64,000 nt of DNA. Source: an uncultured delta proteobacterium. GTDB taxonomy: Bacteria > Desulfobacterota > RBG-13-43-22. Position numbers and translations under genes: made by a program. This document shows, piece by piece, positions 59,207 through 64,000 of this stretch. How positions within the stretch are numbered: position 1 is the stretch's first letter; every line of letters starts with the position of its first letter. Under the pieces are notes generated by a model. The model saw only the letters and a program-made list of their open reading frames with translations. It did not search any database and had not been told where the DNA came from. The stretch spans positions 32,001-96,000 of the forward strand of contig CAWBOS010000015.1 of NCBI GenBank assembly GCA_963790475.1, given 5' to 3'.

Positions 59207-60433
59207 CTATTTATACTCCTTATCCAATTCTTGGATAAAATCTTTCAACGTTCGGCCGTCCTGGTTGAAAGTCGCCACCTGATCCTCTTCCGGCGAGGGG
59301 GGGTTAGCAGGTTCGGAAATTCGTTTGACCTCCTTGGCCGTCTGTTTTTGGGAGGGGGTGGAAGGGTCCATGATCGGAGAACGATATTCGATTTCATCGT
59401 TGTTTTCTTGGGAAGGTTGAAAAATATTCACCGGTGGATTCATATTCTTTTGAGACAATAAATATTCCTTTAAGTACCGATCTCTTGTAAACATGCCTTC
59501 CGCTTTCCCCAGTTGAAGGATGTTTTCGATCTGATGCAGTTTGTCTTCCCGAATGGTCCCTTTGACCGACTGATTTCCGCGGAGAATGGAAAGAAGCGGG
59601 ACGCGAAATCCGAATTTTTCAAGATAAATCAAGTCTTGAATGATCAACCAGACCAGGGTCGAAGCCAGACGATTGCGAATATCACTCTGCGCTTCCATGG
59701 GAAAGGCGTTCAAAATGCGGTGAAGGGCCTCCTCGGAAGTGCTGGCATGAAGGGTGGCAATGACCAGGTGACCGGCTTCAGCGATATTCAGGGTCAGCTT
59801 GATGGTTTCCGGGTCCCTGATCTCCCCGACAACAATCACATCAGGATCCTCCCTCAAAACATCCAGCAACCCCTGCTCGAAGGCCGGCATGTGGACTCCC
59901 AATTCCCGTTGTTCGACGAAGGATTTCTTGGAGACCAGCCGATATTCAATAGGGTCTTCAAGGGTGATGATATGATAGGAACAGTTGCGGTTGATTTCAT
60001 CGACCAGAGCGGCAATGGTCGATGTTTTTCCTACACCGGTGGGTCCGCCGATGAGGATCAACCCGGATTTAAGATTACTGATTTCCTTCAGGGAAGGGTG
60101 AAGGTTTAACTGTTCGACCGTAGGTATGTTCCCGGGAAGGAGACGGATCGCCAGACTGAATCCCCGATTGGTACAAAAAATATTGATCCTCAATCGGGCC
60201 TGCTGCAAACCCATGGCGCAATCAATGGACTGGCGCTCTCTGAGCTGATCGATTTGTCTCGGTGACAGGAGATCTTTCACCAAATCATCGACTTCTTCAT
60301 GACTCCATTTAAAGGCCGGTTGAAATTTTAAATCACCGTTAATCCGAAAAGCCGCCGGATGGCCCCCGGTGATATGAACATCGGATACCCCAAAACCCAA
60401 AGCTGACTTGATCAGACTTTCAAACTTCTCCAT
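59207..60433 (-). CDS. PilT/PilU-family type IV pilus retraction ATPase
   Basis: SDVHI, AIRLLP, GPTGVGKTST, TLEDPIE, REDPDVIVVGEIRD, GHLVIATLH. Confidence 0.9.
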   Translation of the reverse strand: MEKFESLIKSALGFGVSDVHITGGHPAAFRINGDLKFQPAFKWSHEEVDDLVKDLLSPRQIDQLRERQSIDCAMGLQQARLRINIFCTNRGFSLAIRLLPGNIPTVEQLNLHPSLKEISNLKSGLILIGGPTGVGKTSTIAALVDEINRNCSYHIITLEDPIEYRLVSKKSFVEQRELGVHMPAFEQGLLDVLREDPDVIVVGEIRDPETIKLTLNIAEAGHLVIATLHASTSEEALHRILNAFPMEAQSDIRNRLASTLVWLIIQDLIYLEKFGFRVPLLSILRGNQSVKGTIREDKLHQIENILQLGKAEGMFTRDRYLKEYLLSQKNMNPPVNIFQPSQENNDEIEYRSPIMDPSTPSQKQTAKEVKRISEPANPPSPEEDQVATFNQDGRTLKDFIQELDKEYK

Positions 60434-60571
60434 AGCCCGATTGACCTCTATCTTGTTTTTCCACGACTTCTTTATCCGCTCAAGAATATACCCAGAGGTA
60501 ACCCTTCGGAGAAGGCCATTTTTTAAGCGGGGATGATCCTTGCCGGCCTTCTCCTGGTTTCTTCCTTCTAA

Positions 60572-60865
60572 TTATACAGAGGCCAATTCCTCCATAATGG
60601 TTACTTCCGTTTTCCCGGCGAACAGCTCAGCGGCCTTGGCCGAAAAGGCCTTAAAATGGGGGGTTGAGGAATGGATACCTAAGCTTTCTTTATCTTTATA
60701 GCGTTCCAGAATGACTAAGGTATAGGGATCTTTTTTGGAAACGTTCAGGGTATAGGACAGGGTCCCTTCTTCTTTAGCCACTTCCTTCATTAATTCTTTG
60801 AAGGCTTCGATGGCTTCATTCAGTTTTTCTTCTTTAACCGGGATCTTGGCAACAATGGATATCAT
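60572..60865 (-). CDS. ABM-domain putative quinol monooxygenase
   Basis: EEGTLSY, ERYKD..L..H..TPHF. Confidence 0.85.
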   Translation of the reverse strand: MISIVAKIPVKEEKLNEAIEAFKELMKEVAKEEGTLSYTLNVSKKDPYTLVILERYKDKESLGIHSSTPHFKAFSAKAAELFAGKTEVTIMEELASV

Positions 60866-61039
60866 AGACTGTTCTCCTTTTTTAAAATTCTTATTCGATA
60901 GCCTTTTATCTTAGATTGTTAGTTAATTGGTGTCAAAGGAAAAAACTTTAGGGAAGAAAATGCAGGTATTACGATCGGCCACTTAATAAGACCACAGGGG
61001 AACCAACCCTTTTGGCCGATCGGTCTCTTCCTTGAAGAA

Positions 61040-62125
61040 TTAGATAATGGTTGCGGTTACCCTGTTGCGGCCTGCTGCCTTAGAGTCATATAAGGCTTTA
61101 TCCGCCGACTGCAAAAGCTTTTCAGCGCTGTCACTATCTTCGGAAGGAATAATGGTAGCCACTCCCAGGCTGAGAGTGACTGAATCGCCCACCTCCGAGG
61201 CTGCATGCTCCCAGTTCATCTCGAACACCGCCTCACGAATTTTCTCAGCCAAATGATACGCCCCTTCGAAAGGGGAATTCGGTAAAAGGATCCCGAATTC
61301 CTCACCGCCGTATCTGGCTACCAGATCGGCGGGGCGATGCACACTTTCCTTGATGCAGGCCGCAACCGCCTTCAGGCAGTCATCTCCCAGTTGGTGTCCA
61401 TAATGATCGTTGTAGCGTTTAAAAAAATCGATATCGCAAAGGATCAAAGAGAAGGGTTGCTTTTCCCTTTTCATCCGCAGCCATTCCTCCTCGAACCTTT
61501 CATCAAAAATGCGCCGGTTGGCCACCTGGGTCAATCCATCAATGGCCGCCAGTTGTTCCAATTCCTTATTGGCCTTCTCCAGGGCTTCCTGGTAACGTTT
61601 TCGCTCCGTAATGTCCTTGAATTGTTCAACCAGACCTACAAGTTCACCTGCCAATCCGAACAAAGGCATCGCCGTCAACAGAAAGGGTACCTTCCGGCCG
61701 TTGCCGATCTCCCGTTGCTCATCCATTTCCACCCGCTGCTTTTTCGTCCGTATTTGTTCCAGCGGGCATTTAGGCGTTTGACAAATCCGGGAGGGAAACA
61801 AGTCAAAACACTTCCTGGATAGGGCAGCCTCTTTCTCCTTGAGCCCGAGAAGATTTAAAAAGGCCTTGTTGACGCGGACAACACGGTACCGTTCGTTGAT
61901 GACCCAAGTGGCATCGCCGACCGAGTTGAATATCTGTTCGAATTCCAAACGGGCGATCTCCACCTCCATCGTCAACGTGTTGACCCGGGCAATGGTCTCC
62001 TCAAACAGGTCGGAAAGAGCGCGATTTTCTTCCCGGAGATCAGTCAGCTGTTGTTCCGCTGTTTGTTGGTTATTTAAGTCTGGCCCGGAAGGGGACTGTC
62101 CAGCATTGGAGGGGTTATTGTCCAA
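61040..62125 (-). CDS. PAS-domain diguanylate cyclase
   Basis: DGLTQVANRR, DIDFFK.YND.YGH..GD, I-site RPAD, GGEEF, KAAGRNR; TTG start. Confidence 0.93.
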   Translation of the reverse strand: MDNNPSNAGQSPSGPDLNNQQTAEQQLTDLREENRALSDLFEETIARVNTLTMEVEIARLEFEQIFNSVGDATWVINERYRVVRVNKAFLNLLGLKEKEAALSRKCFDLFPSRICQTPKCPLEQIRTKKQRVEMDEQREIGNGRKVPFLLTAMPLFGLAGELVGLVEQFKDITERKRYQEALEKANKELEQLAAIDGLTQVANRRIFDERFEEEWLRMKREKQPFSLILCDIDFFKRYNDHYGHQLGDDCLKAVAACIKESVHRPADLVARYGGEEFGILLPNSPFEGAYHLAEKIREAVFEMNWEHAASEVGDSVTLSLGVATIIPSEDSDSAEKLLQSADKALYDSKAAGRNRVTATII

Positions 62126-62511
62126 GTCTCACCACCAACATGTTGATCATTTATCCATCTTTTTTCAGAGGAGTTTCCGGCAAACCTTCCAACCCCTATG
62201 AAGCTGGTAAATCTTGGATCGAGTCCAGGGCAGGCGCAGGTCTCCATCTTGATAGTAGCTGGGCTGGATTCCGGCTGGAGTTTCTCCCGCACGTAATGCG
62301 GGACCAGAATGATATTTTGTGAATCTTAGACAAGAAGATACAGGAAATTATAAAACGGAAAAGGATCAGGGGTCAAGGATAAAAGCGGGCAGAATTTTTT
62401 TCATTTTTTTTGGAAAACCTTGAAAAACTTGCTTTTGGATACAAAAAGTATAAAATAATAAGTAAGGTCAAAAAGAAAATGAAAAGAAGATAAATCCCTT
62501 AACGTATCGAC

Positions 62512-63060
62512 ATGAATGATATCAGTATGCTTTTGGATGCGGTTTTAGTCCCCGAGGCCGGGTTCTTCCTGGTTTTCCTCATCTTTTTTATTCTTCTCTG
62601 GATTATCTTACGGCGAATAAAAGGTCTGGGGAGTACGATGGCGGTTTTGGAATTGGGACAACTGGAGTTCTATTTCCAATCCTCGGAAATTCGGAAATGT
62701 CGACTGCGTTCGATAACAACGGAACGGACGGACATGAAGGCCCTTCAGGCCCGGTCCAGTGAACTTCTTAATTTTTTCGACCGAATCGGATTTTTAGTTC
62801 AAAAGGGGACCCTCCCCAAAAAAGAAATGTGGCAGTCTTTTGGAACCCCGATCCTGGGATACTTCAGCTTCTTGGTTCCTTTTATCCAGTGGTTGCGGAC
62901 TGAAGAAAGGGACCCTGAATTATATCTGTATTTTGAAGACCTCAACGAGGCCGTTTACCGCTTAAATTACAAAATGGATCGAAAACAGGCCCATCCCCTG
63001 ATGGAAGAAAAAGAATTAAAGCGGTTTATAGAAGAAGAAAAAGCGGCCCTTTCAGATTAA
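62512..63060 (+). CDS. membrane-anchored hypothetical protein (DUF4760-like)
   Basis: N-terminal TM helix; LLNFFDRIG.LV..G...LY..FEDL pattern. Confidence 0.6.
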   Translation: MNDISMLLDAVLVPEAGFFLVFLIFFILLWIILRRIKGLGSTMAVLELGQLEFYFQSSEIRKCRLRSITTERTDMKALQARSSELLNFFDRIGFLVQKGTLPKKEMWQSFGTPILGYFSFLVPFIQWLRTEERDPELYLYFEDLNEAVYRLNYKMDRKQAHPLMEEKELKRFIEEEKAALSD

Positions 63061-63138
63061 CCGCAATAATGCAAAAACCGGGAAAGAGGAAAACTTACTA
63101 CGAATTCGTTATCTTATATTTCGCGGTGAAATAATAGA

Positions 63139-63495
63139 GTGGTTTTACTGGAGAGATTGTCTTTGGCCAACCCCGACTTCCAATTCGGAAATCCGGACCG
63201 AAGAAGGTCCCCCCGAATTCCAGTGGGGGTTACCATCTTTATTCCCCATCTTCAAACAAAATTGATCTGTAATAACTTATCAATGATGGGCTGTTTTTTC
63301 CCTGCTTTCGATTTGGGCCCAGTTGGAGAAACCTTTTCCCTGGTGATCGACCCTCCGGATATTGGATTAATCTCTGTAGAAGCCCGGATCGTTCATAAAG
63401 GAGAGGATGGAAAAGGATCCGGTTTCCAATTTATTTCTATGGATCCGGGGCATGAGAGAAAACTTTCCTTTTTTTTAGATATTTTTAAGACCTGA
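63139..63495 (+). CDS. PilZ-domain protein
   Basis: RRRSPR (RxxxR) and NLSMMG (D/NxSxxG), GFQF. Confidence 0.8.
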   Translation: MVLLERLSLANPDFQFGNPDRRRSPRIPVGVTIFIPHLQTKLICNNLSMMGCFFPAFDLGPVGETFSLVIDPPDIGLISVEARIVHKGEDGKGSGFQFISMDPGHERKLSFFLDIFKT

Positions 63496-63557
63496 TTACC
63501 CGTCTTAATCCCGGTAAAGATACTTACTGAAGTCCCGCGGCGGTTCCCACCGACCTC

Positions 63558-64000
63558 TCAATCCAAACTCATGGGGAAGCGCACGATCATGGTGGTGGAT
63601 TTTTCCCCGACTTTGACTTCGATTTGGCCTTTAAGCAATCGGACGATACGATGGGTGATATAGATCCCCCGGCCTTGGCTTTCTCCATCCAGGAGTTTCA
63701 GCCGATCCTCTTCGGAGATCTGTCCGGCATTGGTAATCTCGGCACAAGCCCAATGTCCCTCGGCAAAGGTAGCTTATGGAAAGCGTCCCCCCCTGCCTGG
63801 GAATGGCCTTGGTGGCATTGTTGAGCAGGTTGTCTAAAATACGTTCAAGGTGAATGGCATAACAACGTACCGGTAAGGGGTCCTGGAAAGGCCCTTCCTG
63901 AAGGGTCACATTAGCCTTAAATATCTCTTTAATGACTTCTCTGTTGATCTCAAATCGCTTTTTAAGGATCTCCGTCAGATTGACAATCTGCTCCTTTCCT
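63558..64000 (-). CDS. C-terminal HATPase domain of a histidine kinase (partial, apparent indel)
   Basis: N-box RILDNLLNNATKA; other frame GRGIYITHRIVRLLKGQIEVKVGEKSTTMIVRFP. Confidence 0.72.

Overview
This 64-kb window looks like an anaerobic Desulfobacterota-type (deltaproteobacterial) genome; that assignment is inferred from gene content. Many genes are broken by single-base indels at homopolymers, which suggests an unpolished long-read assembly. The main candidate for an undescribed system is 871-11826 (+). It encodes a zinc-ribbon/class III nucleotide cyclase/STAND ATPase/TPR protein, translationally coupled (TGATG overlaps) to a class I isoprenoid-synthase-fold enzyme and a radical SAM enzyme. 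These are followed by an 80-aa Nif11-like leader peptide with a GG motif and a short Cys/Pro/Tyr core, a second rSAM/SPASM maturase, an S53 sedolisin protease and a geranylgeranyl-reductase-family flavoprotein. Together they suggest a prenylated, cross-linked RiPP linked to a cyclic-nucleotide sensor. Other contents: a truncated pYEATS gene; an oxidative-stress operon (rbr, dfx, ferritin-like, 2-oxoacid oxidoreductase, rubredoxins) headed by an internally deleted PerR; two hidden selenoprotein candidates (DedA-rhodanese CxU and DUF1573 UGC with a SECIS-like hairpin); a DUF134/NifX/NifU/FmdB operon with a palindromic operator inside a consensus promoter; and a full-length group II intron. The right half holds a CoA/amino-acid catabolic region containing an orphan integron-type nitrilase cassette with attC, tRNA-Met, a pair of inverted paralogous non-coding elements at a divergent promoter, and housekeeping genes (queD, serS, system II cytochrome c biogenesis, tat, PilT family, diguanylate cyclase).
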